From Lama guanicoe (lineage: Eukaryota): a stretch of 64,000 nucleotides of DNA. Of this stretch, positions 1-12,075 are shown piece by piece; position 1 is the stretch's first letter, and every line of letters starts with the position of its first letter. The stretch spans positions 4,432,123 to 4,496,122 of the forward strand of contig MU053557.1 of assembly GCA_013239625.1 (NCBI GenBank), given 5' to 3'. Under the pieces are notes generated by a model. That model was given only the letters and a program-made list of their open reading frames with translations, had not been told where the DNA came from and did no database searches. A program made the translations under genes and the position numbers.

Positions 1-229
1 ACCACCTCATTTTCTAAATCCTCTGAGTGGGAAATAAGACCCAGAGATATATTGGTCTTTGTGGGGCTGAACAATTACACCTGGGCTCTGCACACCACAT
101 ATGAGAGTTCAGAGTCAAGGCTACTTATAAAGGAGTTTTAACAAGAAGGGAGGCTGACTGGAGAAAAATTAGGAAGTAAGGAGGCAGAAGAGAGAAAAAA
201 GAAGAACTAGAGAAAAAGGAAGTGTGTAC

Positions 230-450
230 CATGAAACACTTAAGGCACCTAAAATGAGTCTTTGAATGAAGAACACAGAGGATTCAATGTCTGAATAAGT
301 TTGGACAATGCTGACTAGTTTTTCCCTCCTCTTAGAGGTTTACAGTATGCCCTAGCATGTTAAAAATCCTTGTAAAGTTCTGCGATTTAAAAAAAGCTTT
401 TAAGTTTAACCTAGTCCTAACCAAACTTTTTGCTACAGAACTCAGTTTCC
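230..450 (+). mobile_element. Degraded hAT-Charlie DNA transposon, MER112-like
   Basis: AATAAGTTTGGACAATGCTG...TAGCATGTTAAAAATCCTTGTAAAGTTCTGC...TTTAACCTAG resembles the recalled MER112 core; similar copy at 13585. Confidence 0.55.
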
Positions 451-684
451 TCATAATACTTTTTAATATTTGTGGCATAGATAGTCAGAAAAACTAGTCT
501 AAGGAAACCCAGGTGCTGGAGTGAAGAGGTATAAATAGGGAACCAGTTCCTGTTTCCAAGGAGCTTACAAAATATTTGCCTACATGTAGGATTTTGCAAG
601 ATATAAAGACCAGCTGAAGGTAACGGGAAAGGATAGTTATCCTCCAGGGAAGCGATACAGACAGACCATGTTGGATACCCTCTC

Positions 685-1000
685 TTAATTCACAAGTTTC
701 TGGAGCACCTAGTGTATATGCCAGACACCATGTTGGGCCCTAGGGATACACTGGTGAGCAAGGCAGACACAACCTTCCACTCCAAGAGCTTAACTTTCAG
801 TGGGAAGAGATAAAAAATAAGTGCACAAGTAAGTAAATGTAGAATGACAAGTCAGAGGAGTGAGCTGAAGGAAAAGAGTGGGGTTCTCTCTCTAATAAAG
901 TAATGGGAACAACTGCTTGAGCTGGGTCAGCAGTGGTGGTTTTTTGAAGGGTGTGACATTAAAGTTTCCACTTGAAAGACAAGAAGTTGTGCATGATGCA
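685..1000 (-). mobile_element. L2 LINE 3' fragment
   Basis: GAGCACCTAGTGTATATGCCAGACACCATGTTGGGCCCTAGGGATACA...CAAGAGCTTAACTTTCAGTGGGAAGAG is a typical antisense L2 3' end. Confidence 0.7.
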
Positions 1001-1336
1001 AATGGGGGGAAAGGATCAAAACACACTTTACGGTGCAAGTTAAGGATGTGGGCTTGGCCTTCGAGCACAAGTGGGTTTAAAGAGAGAGAAAAAGGTGTCC
1101 AGTCACTTGTTAATTCAGACAATGTTGTATTGAGCCTCTAAGCTGATTCACTGAGCTAGGGATGAGCTGAAAAGCCTTTGGATTTCCTAGAACATTCCAT
1201 TGAGGAAGATGCAGGAAAGGTATAAACAAATAAAAGAATGAAGTCATTTCAGATAGTGAAGAAAATGCTATGAAGGAAAAAAATAGCAGGGTGATGGGAT
1301 GGGGTGAAGAAGAGGCAGTATTAGAAGATGTGATCA

Positions 1337-1674
1337 CAAATGATAAATGCTGGAGAGGCTGTGGAGAAAAGGGAACCCTCCTACACTGTTGGTGGGAATG
1401 CAGTTTGGTGCAGCCACTGTGGAAAACAGTATGGAGATTCCTCAAAAGACTAAACATAGACTTACCATATGACCCAGCAATCCCACTCCTGGGCATATAT
1501 ACAGAGGGAACCTTAATTCAAAAAGTTACATGCACCCCAATGTTCATAGCAGCACTATTTACAGTAGCCAAGATATGGAAACAACCTAAATGTCCATCAA
1601 TAGATGACTGGATAAAGAAGTTGTGGTATATTTATATAATGGAATACTACTCGGCCATAAAAATGATAAAATAA
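1337..1674 (+). pseudogene. Non-functional L1 ORF2 C-terminal fragment
   Basis: ORF 1270..1674 from residue ~23 matches L1 ORF2p; 5'-truncated, and the frame breaks after SAIK. Confidence 0.9.
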
Positions 1675-2102
1675 TGCCATTTGCAGCAACATGGATGGCC
1701 CTGGAAATTGTCCTTCTAAGTGAAGTAATCTAGAAAGAGAAATAAAAATACCATAGGATATCACTTATATGTGGCATCTTAAAAAAAAAAAGGACAAATG
1801 AATTTATATATAAAACAGAAACAGACTCACAGACAGAGAATACAGACTTGTGGTTGCCAGCAGCGGTTGGGGGGTAAACTGGGAGTTTGAGATTTGCAGA
1901 TACTGACTGGTATATATAAAATAGATAAACAAGTTTATACTGTATAGCACAGGGAAATATATTCAATATCTTATAGTAGCTTATGGTGAAAAGGAATATG
2001 AAAACAAATACATGTATATAAATGTATGACTGAAGCATTCTGCTGTACACCAGAAACTGACACAAGATTGTAAACTGACTATACTTCAATAAAGAAAAAA
2101 GA
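1337..2102 (+). mobile_element. Younger 5'-truncated L1 (camelid/cetartiodactyl type): ORF2 C-terminus, 3'UTR and A tail
   Basis: Translation [34 protein letters not shown]...[13 protein letters not shown] is the L1 ORF2 Cys-rich region; AATAAA at 2088; TSD AGAAGATGTGATCA (1323-1336) / AGAAGACATGATCA (2103-2116); TT|AGAA endonuclease-type site. Confidence 0.95.
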
Positions 2103-2610
2103 AGAAGACATGATCAGAGAAGGACTTTCTGAGCATTTACTATTTGAAATTAGATCTGAATGACAGAAAGGAGAGGGCTGTATAAAAAGCTGTCTAGAGA
2201 AGATACACCCCAGAGAGAGGATACAGCAAGAACCCTAAGGTGGGGAGTGAGCCTGGGACATTCAAGGAACCCAAAGAAGTTTCTAAGTGCAGGGAGCAAC
2301 ATGACCCATGACAGAGAGGGAAGAAAGTTAAGATTTGTTTAAGGTCCACTTTGGCTGAAATAGAGCCGTCCACCCATAAAGAAACAGAGAGTGAAAAGTT
2401 TATAAAAGTAGGCTGTGACCACTTGAATATCAGGGTAAGGAGCTGAGACTAGTTCTCAACCTGTTTTCCAACACCACCTATAAGACATTGTTCTCAGGCA
2501 CAAAGCAGTCTACTAATATGCCCACACTTTCACTGCCCACCAAAATGTTGCAGAGCACAAGAAACTATAATAGTTTGAGAGTAACTATTAATAATATTTC
2601 ATGAATGGCC

Positions 2611-3093
2611 TGTATGACAGAAATCGCTTCTTAAGCCTCAATATTCACTCTCCCCTTCTTTCTCAGTAATACAGCCATACAATTTTGGGTAGGAGCATTA
2701 CTATATTTTCAAGCATCCCTTGTAGTGAGACTTGGCCATGTGACTAAATTCCGGCCAGTGGGATGTAAGCAGAAGAAGCAAAGTCAAGTCCCAGAATATG
2801 TCCCTAAGGGAGGGAGTGTGTCCCTCCTTCTCCCTCTTCCCCCTGCTGTCTGAACCGCAGATATGATGGTTGGATTTCCATCTGGGATCTTGAGGACAGG
2901 GTCACCCCTAGGGATGGTGAGCAGAGATCTGGAAGAAGCCTGAGTCCAAAATGACTCTGGAGGTTCCATACCAGCCATAAGCTGTCCCCTCAGTGTTTTA
3001 TGGGACCAAAAAGTGGACTTCTGTCTTGTTTAATTAGCTACTATTTTTGTGGTCTTTGTTATACACAACTCAAGCTGGATGCTAACTAATGCA
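2611..3093 (+). mobile_element. MaLR solo LTR, MLT1 (J/K-like)
   Basis: TG start; GGCCATGTGACTAAATTCCGGCCAGTGGGATGTAAGCAGAAG core; ends CTAACTAATGCA. Confidence 0.75.
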
Positions 3094-3485
3094 GCCACTT
3101 ACTACAAGTTGTACCATTGGATAAAATAACCCTATTGAAATGCAAGTGAATGAAAATGTATGTATTATAAAGGTAACCATGAACCCTACTTATATTCTAC
3201 ATATACATCATATACATAGATTCTATATATCCACATATTTCTTAAGGCATATCTTTCACAAACATCAATACTTAAATTTTTTTTTTAATTACAGGTTAGT
3301 ATTTGCAATACGAACCACAACAGATCCTAACGGCATTAGTGTCATGACGCTAAGAAAGAGAACCCCATATGACATTTGATTTGGTGAGTCCCTGGGGCAG
3401 GGCACAATTGACATCTTCCAGAGCAGCTGGAGCTGGTGTGATTCTGATCAAAAGAGACTTGGCCTGTGGATTAATGTTGGTTTCT

Positions 3486-4012
3486 CACAAAGTTAACGTA
3501 ATCTTCCTCAGATGACCCAGCAATCCCACTACTAGGTATTTGCCCAAGGCAAATGAAAACAATTGTCCAAACAAAGACCTGCACATGAATGTGCACGAGA
3601 GTAGATAAACAAATTGTGCTCATACAATGGAATGCTTCTCAGCAAGTAAAAGCATTGAACTTCGATACAGAAAACATAGATGAGTCTCAAAACCATTATG
3701 GTGAGTCAGAGTAGCCAGACATCAAAGAGTACATTGTCAATGATCCCATTTATGTGATATTCTAGAAGAAGCCAAGCCAATCTAAAGAAGAAACAACAGA
3801 AAGCAGGTCAGTTATTGTCTCTCACTGCAGGGCAAGTGGGGATTGGCTACAAAGGAACACAGGGAAACTTTCTAGGGTGATGAACTGTTTTCTGTCTTAA
3901 CTGGGGTGGTGATCTCTCAAGGGTATTCATTGGTCAAAATTCATCAAACTGTGCACTGAAAGTACATGCACATTATTGTATGGAACGTATATTTCAATAA
4001 AGTTGATTTTAA
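3486..4012 (+). mobile_element. Old L1M (MC/MD-like) 3' end
   Basis: ATGACCCAGCAATCCCACTACTAGGTATTTGCCCAAG...ACTTTCTAGGGTGATG...TTTCAATAAAGTTGATTTT. Confidence 0.85.
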
Positions 4013-4719
4013 GGCTTCTTTTAAATTATCAAGCTAAACAGGGAAAAAAATGCTTTAGAGAAAGAAGGCAAATAGTGATTTGAAATTAGGAATCCCAAAT
4101 TTAAAGTTAAAAGAACAGATGTTTTCAACTGCTGCTATTTGGGGGTTTGGGGGTTTTTTTTGTTTTTGTTTTTGTTTTTTAGCAAGCTGCTTCTCGCATG
4201 AAGACTTCGGATAGCTGTGCCCCAGGAGGAAAAGCAGTAAGGACTGATTTCCTGAAAAAGCAACTCCAGGGCTGCCAGTGGGTAACAAGGAACAGATGTG
4301 GGAATGCACGGAGGGGCTGGGCTCATTTGTGTATGAGACAGTCCTAGGGCAGCGCTTGTCAAATCATCTGTGGTGAAGGATCAGGTGCTTTTTTGTTGGG
4401 GTGGTGGCTTGTTAGTTTTATAAAATTAAAAAAAATCACATAGCATATCATATCACTGTGTGAGTCTCTGAACACCTTCTTGGTGTATGTCTGGCCTGGT
4501 CACAGAACGTTAGCAAACATGCACAGACTGGCCTGGATGCTCAGAGCACTGCCCTGGGGCTTCCCAGAACTGCTTGGGGTACAATTTGGAAGAGACTGAG
4601 GTCCCATGTCAGCAGAGAGACAGGAGCCAAAGACAACGGGGTTATGGATATGATCGTGGCCTTGTATGTACAGGGTGGACAGTGAGGTCTGGGGAAATGT
4701 GCTCACAAAGATCTCAAAA

Positions 4720-5010
4720 CAGATGCATGAGGTCAGCTAAACAGTGTTTTGGAAAGATCTATCTGGCAGCACACTCAGGACAGTGAGGAATGAAGAGGCC
4801 TGAATCTCGGGACTGATGTGGAGATTGTCGCAACGGACCAGGTGGGAGATGACTGGGATTTGAACGTGGTGGCAGCTGTGGAACTGGAAAGGAGGGAGTG
4901 TCGGCCAGATGGCCAGGAGGAGATCCACAGTGACTGGTGATGGGCTGGAGAGGGGCCTGGGGGGTGAAGGCAGGGTAGACGCAGGTATTCTGAGGAATGA
5001 GAAGGGAGAG
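4720..5010 (-). mobile_element. L2 fragment
   Basis: GTTTTGGAAAGATCTATCTGGCAGC...CCAGGTGGGAGATGACTGGGATTTGAAC...CCACAGTGACTGGTGATGGGCTGGA. Confidence 0.6.
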
Positions 5011-5854
5011 GGAAGAAGCTCGTGTCTGGGGACTCCGTTTGCTCTAGAAATAGGAAGAAGGCTCCCTGTGCCTGGCAGTCTCCGGAGGGCTGACTCTGCT
5101 CGCCTTGGCCTCTGGCCCAGCAATCCCTGACCCCCTGCAGCCCACGGTGCCACCCACAGTGGGTGACAAAGGGAGTCGGTCAGAGTGGGGAGAGAGCCCC
5201 CGCCTTTGTGTGCACCCCTTTCCGTGCCTGGCGTGCCTCCTTCCTCCCACCTAGAGCTCCTCCCCACCTTCTAGGCCTGGCCCAGGTGTCACCCCGGGGC
5301 AGAATGAATCACTCTCTCACTCTTGGCTATGCTGCCACGGGGCCCCAATGTGTTAGAGCTCTCAAGTCAGGTCCCAGACCAGCTGCTCACATGGGCTGCC
5401 CTGCCACACGGCAGCCTCCCCGCGGGGGCCATATCCAACTTCAGCTTCACCAGCCTTTAGCACAGTGCCTGACGCAAGTGACTGCACTCAAAATGCAACA
5501 TAAACAGATGAGGGAGACACCGAAGGAAGGACCAAAACAGGCAGGAAGGTCACGTGGCATGGGCTCAACAAGCCAGAGGTCACAGGAGTTTTCTTTCCTC
5601 TGCCCTTGATACATGTATGGCAACCATTATTTGAAACATGAAACTTCCTCAACCCCAAATACTTTAGGGGCTCCTCTCTGCATGAAAAAACAACTGGCAT
5701 ACCACCAGGGTAGAAACTATATTCTGGATTTAGTCAGCAGCAGCAAGTAGTCTCAGCTTTAAAGGCTGTAAGAAGCTGGGCTGAGGCTGATCTGACTGGG
5801 TGAACTGGGGAGTCCATAATGTCGGTCTGAAGACAGGGATCAAAAGAGAAGCTG

Positions 5855-6225
5855 GATAGAATGGAATATAATGCAAAAAATAAACCCACACATAAATGGC
5901 AAACTGATTTTCAACAGAAGTGCCAAAGTTATTCAATGGGAAAAAAGATTGTCTTTTCAACAAATGATGCTTAAATAATTGGCTATCCATATGCAAAACA
6001 ATGAACCATAATCATGACCTCATACTATGTAAAAATATTAACTTGAAAGGTTATAAACTTAAATATAAGAACTAAACTATAAAACTTTTAGAGGAAAACA
6101 TGAAAAAAATCTTTGGATGATGGAAATGCTTTATAAATGATATGGTTATGTGATTGTACACACTTGTCAAAACTAATCAAATTGTGTATTCTAATTTTAT
6201 TGTATGAAAATACATCAATAAAGCT
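5855..6225 (+). mobile_element. Old L1M fragment; ORF2 piece joined to a 3'UTR piece near 6117 (internal deletion)
   Basis: AAACTGATTTTCAACAGAAGTGCCAAAG...TCTTTTCAACAAATGATGC...ACTTTTAGAGGAAAACA, then TTGTCAAAACTAATCAAATTGTG...CAATAAAGCT. Confidence 0.8.
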
Positions 6226-6689
6226 AACCATAACTGTACCATCATGCAATTTTGTTTAATGTGCACTTATCTTCTTAAATTCACTTATCAAAGTATATGT
6301 TACAAATTGAAAAAAAGAGAGAGAGAGAGAGAAGCCGGGTAACCCTTCAGATCTACTGGTCCTGAAGTCAGTGGTGTGAATACAGAAATAGGTGGGATTA
6401 TCATAAACCTGGAGATGGAAGCCAGCTTTCAAGGTGGGTTGCCCATGCCTGCAGGCAAGGAGCAGCCTGGGGTTTAGGGCCCTTTCTGATGGGTTATGCC
6501 CTGGCTGTAGAGAATGTTATGTGCTTTGAGCATCACCTCTGCTCACATCCCTTTAGCAGAAGGAATCAGCCCAGGGATTTTCTGATCCAGAGAAGAGGCT
6601 TCTATAGCACAGAGAGGAAAGGGATTGAGACCCCAGAAGGAAGTTACTAGCACAATCAGGGATAAGAGTTTTCAGTTTGAAGCAGGAAT

Positions 6690-6760
6690 TCCTGGACAGG
6701 AAAAGTTAAGTAGTAAAACCAGGATAGTGCTGGGTAAAATGGGACAGTTGTTCAGCCTAG
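6690..6760 (-). mobile_element. hAT-Blackjack MER94-like fragment
   Basis: GTAAAACCAGGATAGTGCTGGGTAAAATGGGACAGTTGTTCAGCCT resembles the MER94 terminus. Confidence 0.5.
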
Positions 6761-7489
6761 TTGGAAGGCACCTTAGAGATCATTACCCTACCCTCTTTCA
6801 TAAAATATAGTCCTAGAGAGGGCAAGTGACTAGGCCAAGTTCACAGAAGCCGGTGGCTGGGAATGGAGCCCAGGTCTCTAACTAGCCCCTCAGGCCTTTC
6901 TCTCGATGGCATTTGCTTTCAGCATCCTCTGGACACTTGCCTTCTTCATTTCCTCAACTACAGCTACTTCCTTGGTACCATCTCAAGCAGGGGATTTTCC
7001 AACAGCTGATTATCTGCTGTTAGACTGGAGGGATGTTGATGTGCCCCCTCGCCACCTCCTGTTTCCACGACAGAGAGGCGTCAACGTTAGGAGACCGCTG
7101 AGAGAGCCATCATGGGCACCGTGGTCCTTCTGCCTTGCCAGAGGCAGGCAGTGCCCCAGGAGCTCCCTAACTTGTTCTCTGGCAGCCTCTGTCCTCTGTC
7201 TAAGTAAGGAAATACTCTCATCCAAGCCTGGACCAGTGGATCTGCTTCTCTTTCTTCCTCTTGGACCCCAAACTAGACACAAAAAAAGTCTCAAAAGGGA
7301 TAAAATTCTCTTTCTCTGTCACCCAGTGTCTGTCTACTCCATCCTCCTTCAGAAGTGGAACTGCTCGTTAATCCATGATGTGGACTGGCAAACTCACAGG
7401 GGCTTTTCTGGAGCACTGAGGTGGAAGTTTTGTAATAAAGCAAGTGAGGATTTAAATGAGGATTAAATAAAATAAGATTTGGGAAACGG

Positions 7490-7745
7490 CAGAGGGTTGT
7501 GGCTGAGAGCCATGGTTCTGGAGCTCCTAGACCTGGATTCAAGCCCCAGGTTTGCCACTGACTAGCTGTGTGACCTTGAGTAAGTCACATTGCTTCCTTG
7601 AGTTTCAGTTTCCTTGTCTGAAGTGTGGATAAAATTAGTACCTGCTTCATAGGGCGTGAGGATTAAATGTTAATGTATGCAAAATAGCCTAGCGCAGTGC
7701 CTGGCACAAAATAGGCATTTGATAAATATTTGCTGAATAATGAAC
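7490..7745 (+). mobile_element. MIR SINE, near full length
   Basis: CCTGGATTCAAGCCCCAGGTTTGCCACTGACTAGCTGTGTGACCTTGAGTAAGTCAC...CAGTGCCTGGCACA. Confidence 0.85.
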
Positions 7746-10249
7746 TGAAATGACTGGCAAGGCTGGGATATGAAAACAGATCTGGCTAACTCTGAAACCA
7801 GTGCTCTTAACCTCTACGAAATGTTGATGCCTAAACTTGCCAAGTACCTCCCCCCCAGGCAAGAAGAGTAGGAGATGTTCTTGAAATAGCTGGGTGATTC
7901 TCCTTGAAGCCCCTTCTAAGCCTCAAACATCCACAGCTCTCTCCCATTTCCTTGGATACATTCCAAAGACCGTCAAAGGGGAGGAGCTTGGGAAGGGAAT
8001 AGCACCTCCCGACCAGAGATGTCTCCACACGAGGGAAAAGGTGGACTAGCAGAAACAGCTAGTAGATCCGGCTTTGTTCTACACCCAGGATGGGATTTTC
8101 TGCCTTTCAGGTTTAGCGTCGTGGTGTGCCAGGGCAGGAAGGGACCATAGGGAGATGCTAGTCGATGAGAACACAGAGACCCAGAGAGATGGAACAGTTA
8201 GCTAATGATTGCACAGCTAGGTTGTGGCAAAGCCAGTACTGGAGCCCAAGTCTCTTGACTTCCAGCCCCAGACTCCCTGCCACTGCCTCCCTAAATACAC
8301 GGGCTCTCAGAATCATTAGGGCTCGGAATTCGTTCAGCACTAAGCTTTTGAAATCCCTGTGGGCCCTCCCACAGTCCCTGTCAAGGACAAAATCACTCAG
8401 GGGGAAAACTGTATTAAAAAGTCTTTCAAATTGGCAGAGGAGGTGTTCCCTCAGACAGGAGCCCCAGAGAGAACAGAGTAGAAACACTGATTTAATCAGA
8501 GGATCATCTGGGCTCCACATCTTGTGCACTTTTTATCATTTTCAGTGTTTTAGAGGGGAAGTGACAGGCTTATGAGCCTGACATGCTCTGATAAGTGCAT
8601 TCCAAATGCCTCTGTAGTGATGCCAAAGGAGGGACATGCTTCATTCAGCCCTCACCAGAGGCTTAGGGAAACAGGTTGCTCCAATCCTCAGTCAAGTTTA
8701 TTAAGAGGAGACCCACCCACCCCACCCATGAACTCCAAACAATGGCTTCATTCTCACTGTCCCTCACAAGTAGGTCACTGGCCTGGCTTGGAAAGGGACT
8801 CAGGAGCCCCAGAATATCAGAGCTCAGGAACACGTGAATGACATGCCTTCCCTCTTGGCTAAGGGAACTGAGGCTCAGAGAGAGAAGAGGCTTGTTCAAG
8901 GTCACAGTTTGGGCTCAAGGTGAAAGTTTTGGCCTCTTCGTCCCTTGGTCTTCTTTGACTGTAGCGCAGTCACCAGAGCAGTTCAGATAACAGCATCTGA
9001 CAAAGCAGCCAGAGCTCCAAGGAAGCAAGGAGCAAGAAGAAGCATCCAGTAGACCCCTGGGAGTGAGAAAAAGCACCCAGCCACTGGGAGCTTCCAGGAG
9101 TACTTGGTAGTACTTGGTACTTAGGAGGCCTGTCCCCTGACAGTACAGGTATCTCAGTGAAAGCAGCCAGGTGCTTGCAAAACGTGAAGCCACGCCTACT
9201 TCACACACTCACCAAAAAAGAGAAGTGAGCCTTTCCCTTCCCCCATCTCCTTGCATTCCTGAAGCTGGATTTCCTGAGCAGATGTCACCAGGAAAAGGGA
9301 CCCCTTTGTCTGCAATAAGAGATATCCATGTCAGATGCAAAGAAAGAAAATCCAAGTTTCAGAGTTAATGGCAGTACTATGGAATTTCCTCCTTTTGAGG
9401 TGCCTTAATTAAAATAGTAGGCATCCATGGTGCTCTGGGAACATGTAGTTCTGGAATTGAATAATCCATGTATCGGGTCTGGAACGCTTGCTTGTACTGA
9501 ATCATTTGCTTTTGTTGGGATTTGAGTCAGGGGTTGGGGATTTTCTTTTTCATTTGTTTTGGTTTTGATAGCCAGGGGTAGGGTCCTTCCCAAATACAGT
9601 CCTTGGAAAGACTTGGTTCAGCCCAAACAAAACACAACAACCCGCCTGAAAAATAAATACCTGGACATGAGTAGAAAGCATGCGCAGAGTCACAAAACAG
9701 ATGTCGGTACCTAAAGTCACCTTCAGGACCTGCTGACACAGGAAAACTTTTTGTCTCAAACAACAAAGACAACACAGGCACCTCTATGAATCAGACTCTA
9801 AAAACTACCTAACCCTTCCTTTGTGCATCAAGGTACAAAACCTTCCGACTTGCATAAGAAAATATTTTAAAACAAATCCTTGAAGTTCGAAAAAAAGAAG
9901 AGAAGTGTGTTTTCCAGAGAATCAAGTAACATTCTCAACAGTGCAAAGCAAGAGAACTTTACCCTCCACTAGGCTGCTAACCTGGACAATGCTTATCCCC
10001 TCTCCTGTAGACTTTCCCCAACAGCTGAAGGACCAACCAGAAAGGACTATAGTAAACAGCAGGCACTCAGTAAATGTTTGTTTTACAAGTAAGAGCCAGA
10101 AAGAGAATATTTTGTGTGTGGAAATTGAAAGTTTAAAAAAATCATCCTAGTCAAAGCTTTGAAGGCATTAAGAGAAATGAGTGGTTGACCTATTTCACTT
10201 TGAGCAAAGACTAAGAGGGGCTAATATGGGTCCTCTTGACAAGAGGGCA

Positions 10250-10490
10250 ACTAACATTTATTGAGTGCCTTCTGTATGCCAGTTGCTATGCCAAGTGTTT
10301 CCTATCAACGTTCTCATTTAATCCTCATGATAACCTGATTAGCTCTAAGAAACTTTCATTAGCTCCATTTTACTAGTTGGGTAACTGAGGATTATAGAAA
10401 TTGAATAATTTGCCTAATACATGGCAGAGCTGGGATCAGAAAATAGGCCATCACACTTCAGAGACTATTTCTTATATCATTATGTTCTCC
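10250..10490 (-). mobile_element. MIR SINE
   Basis: CATTTATTGAGTGCCTTCTGTATGCCAG...TCTCATTTAATCCTCA...CCATTTTAC...AACTGAGG. Confidence 0.8.
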
Positions 10491-11344
10491 CAGCTGCCAA
10501 TCTGAAGAGCTTCTTGTAATTTAGTTAATTAGGGCTCTGGGAGTAGAGTATTTTATTTTCATGAATTAGCAGGAAATAAACTTCAAGTTCAGCATGTGTT
10601 ACTGAGTGCTGAAGTGTGTGTCTCTTGACCTAGTTCAGGGCGTCCTGGAACTCCTCATTCAGCAAATACAGGTTTCACCCTTTCAAATCTATATCAGCAC
10701 CTATGATAAAACAGGTTCTGTACTCAATACGGGAAATGCAGAAAGAAGAGACATGGGGTCTACCCTCAGGGAGTTCCCAGTCTCAACAAACTTGTGAGCA
10801 ACCTGAGAGTTCCCACCACTGAACTTGGTAGTTGCCATAGTCCTTGCACATGTGAGGTCCTCTGAGTAGCAGAGCAGAAGATGTAATGTAATTTGGTGCT
10901 TATGTAAGTCCATGAATTGTCCAGCAAGAGAGGCCTGAGATTGAATACTGGCTCCTCCATTTAATGAGCTGAATGAGCTGAACAATTCCTTAACTTTCTG
11001 AGCTTCAGTTTTTAATCACCTTTAAATGCCTCACCCCACGGTTGTGGGATGGGAGGACAAAACGTCTGCTCCAGCACATAGTATGTGCTGCTAAATGGAA
11101 GCCATTAGGAAGGACTAGTCTAGGGACTCAAGGTGATTCTACACAAGACTGGGGTAAGAAGAATGAGTAGGAAGTGGTCATTTCAGGAGGAGAAACTTTG
11201 GACAAAAGCAAGAAGATGTGAATGTACACTGTGTGCTCAGGGAAAAGAGCGGTTCACTAGGGAAGAAGAGAACCAAGATAGTACTTGGAGGTGCAAGAAG
11301 TGTCAAAAAAGAGAATGATTACCAGTGTCCAGTACTCTGAGCAC

Positions 11345-11568
11345 AAGTGTGCAAAGACATAGGTACAAGGGGTTCATCACAGGATTGTTTGTAATGGGAT
11401 CATGCATGAATGAAGACACAAGTACATAAGTAAATAAATAAATGGAAACAACCTCAGCATTCATCGAAAGAAAACAAAAGAAAAGGGAAGAAAAGAAAGA
11501 AAGAAAGAAAGAAGAAGGAAGGGAGGGAGGAAGAAGGAAAGAAAGAAAGAAAAGAAAGAAAGAAAGAA

Positions 11569-11616
<48 letters not shown>

Positions 11617-12075
11617 AAAGAAAGAAAGAAAGAAAGAAAGAAAAGGGAAGAGAAGAGAGAGAAGGAAGGAAGAAAAGAAAGAGGGAGGGAGGGAAAGAAG
11701 GAAGGGAGGGAGGGGGGATTGAATAAATGAATTATGATATAGCCATCTAATAGAACACTGGACATTTTTAGTGATATGTATCCATATATACTCACATGAA
11801 AAGACATGTGCAGCATAGCGTTACACGAAAATGCCAATTACAGAAGGGTATGTTAAAATGATCCCAACTTTATAAACTCATAAGCAACAGTATAGAGGAA
11901 TTTTACCAAACTGTCTATAGTGGTTACCTCTGGGGAATGGCATAGCGTGGGGATGGGGGTCGGGGAGAGGTGTTGGGTTTCACTTCTACTCCACGTACTT
12001 CTTCAGTGTTTGGATTGTTTACAATAACAGATGTGGGGTTTTTTTTTTTTGGTATTTCTTATAATTAAATGTTTT
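11345..12075 (+). mobile_element. Old L1ME 3' fragment interrupted by a purine microsatellite
   Basis: GTTCATCACAGGATTGTTTGTAAT...TGGAAACAACCTC...AGTGGTTACCTCTGGGG. Confidence 0.7.
11476..11718. repeat. 243-nt pure purine tract, compound (GAAA)n/(GGAA)n/(GGGA)n microsatellite
   Basis: Only A and G across the interval; long GAAA arrays. Confidence 0.97.

Larger units (their letters stand above)
1225..2330 (-). mobile_element. L2 fragment interrupted by the L1 at 1337-2102
   Basis: L2-like sequence is continuous once the L1 is removed (TTAGAAGATGTGATCA|GAGAAGGACTTTCTGAG...AGATCTGAATGA). Confidence 0.6.

Noticed and set aside
4737..5609. GC-rich ORFs and a possible CpG island
   Set aside because: Partly L2-derived, CpGs are too sparse for an island, and I recognise no protein.
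6906..7466. Longest ORF (186 aa) with a signal-peptide-like N-terminus
   Set aside because: No recognisable domain, lies among MIR remnants, and this length can arise by chance; a BLASTP hit would be needed to revive it.
11442..11837. Lys/Arg/Glu-rich and Phe/Ser/Leu-rich ORFs
   Set aside because: Translations of the purine microsatellite.
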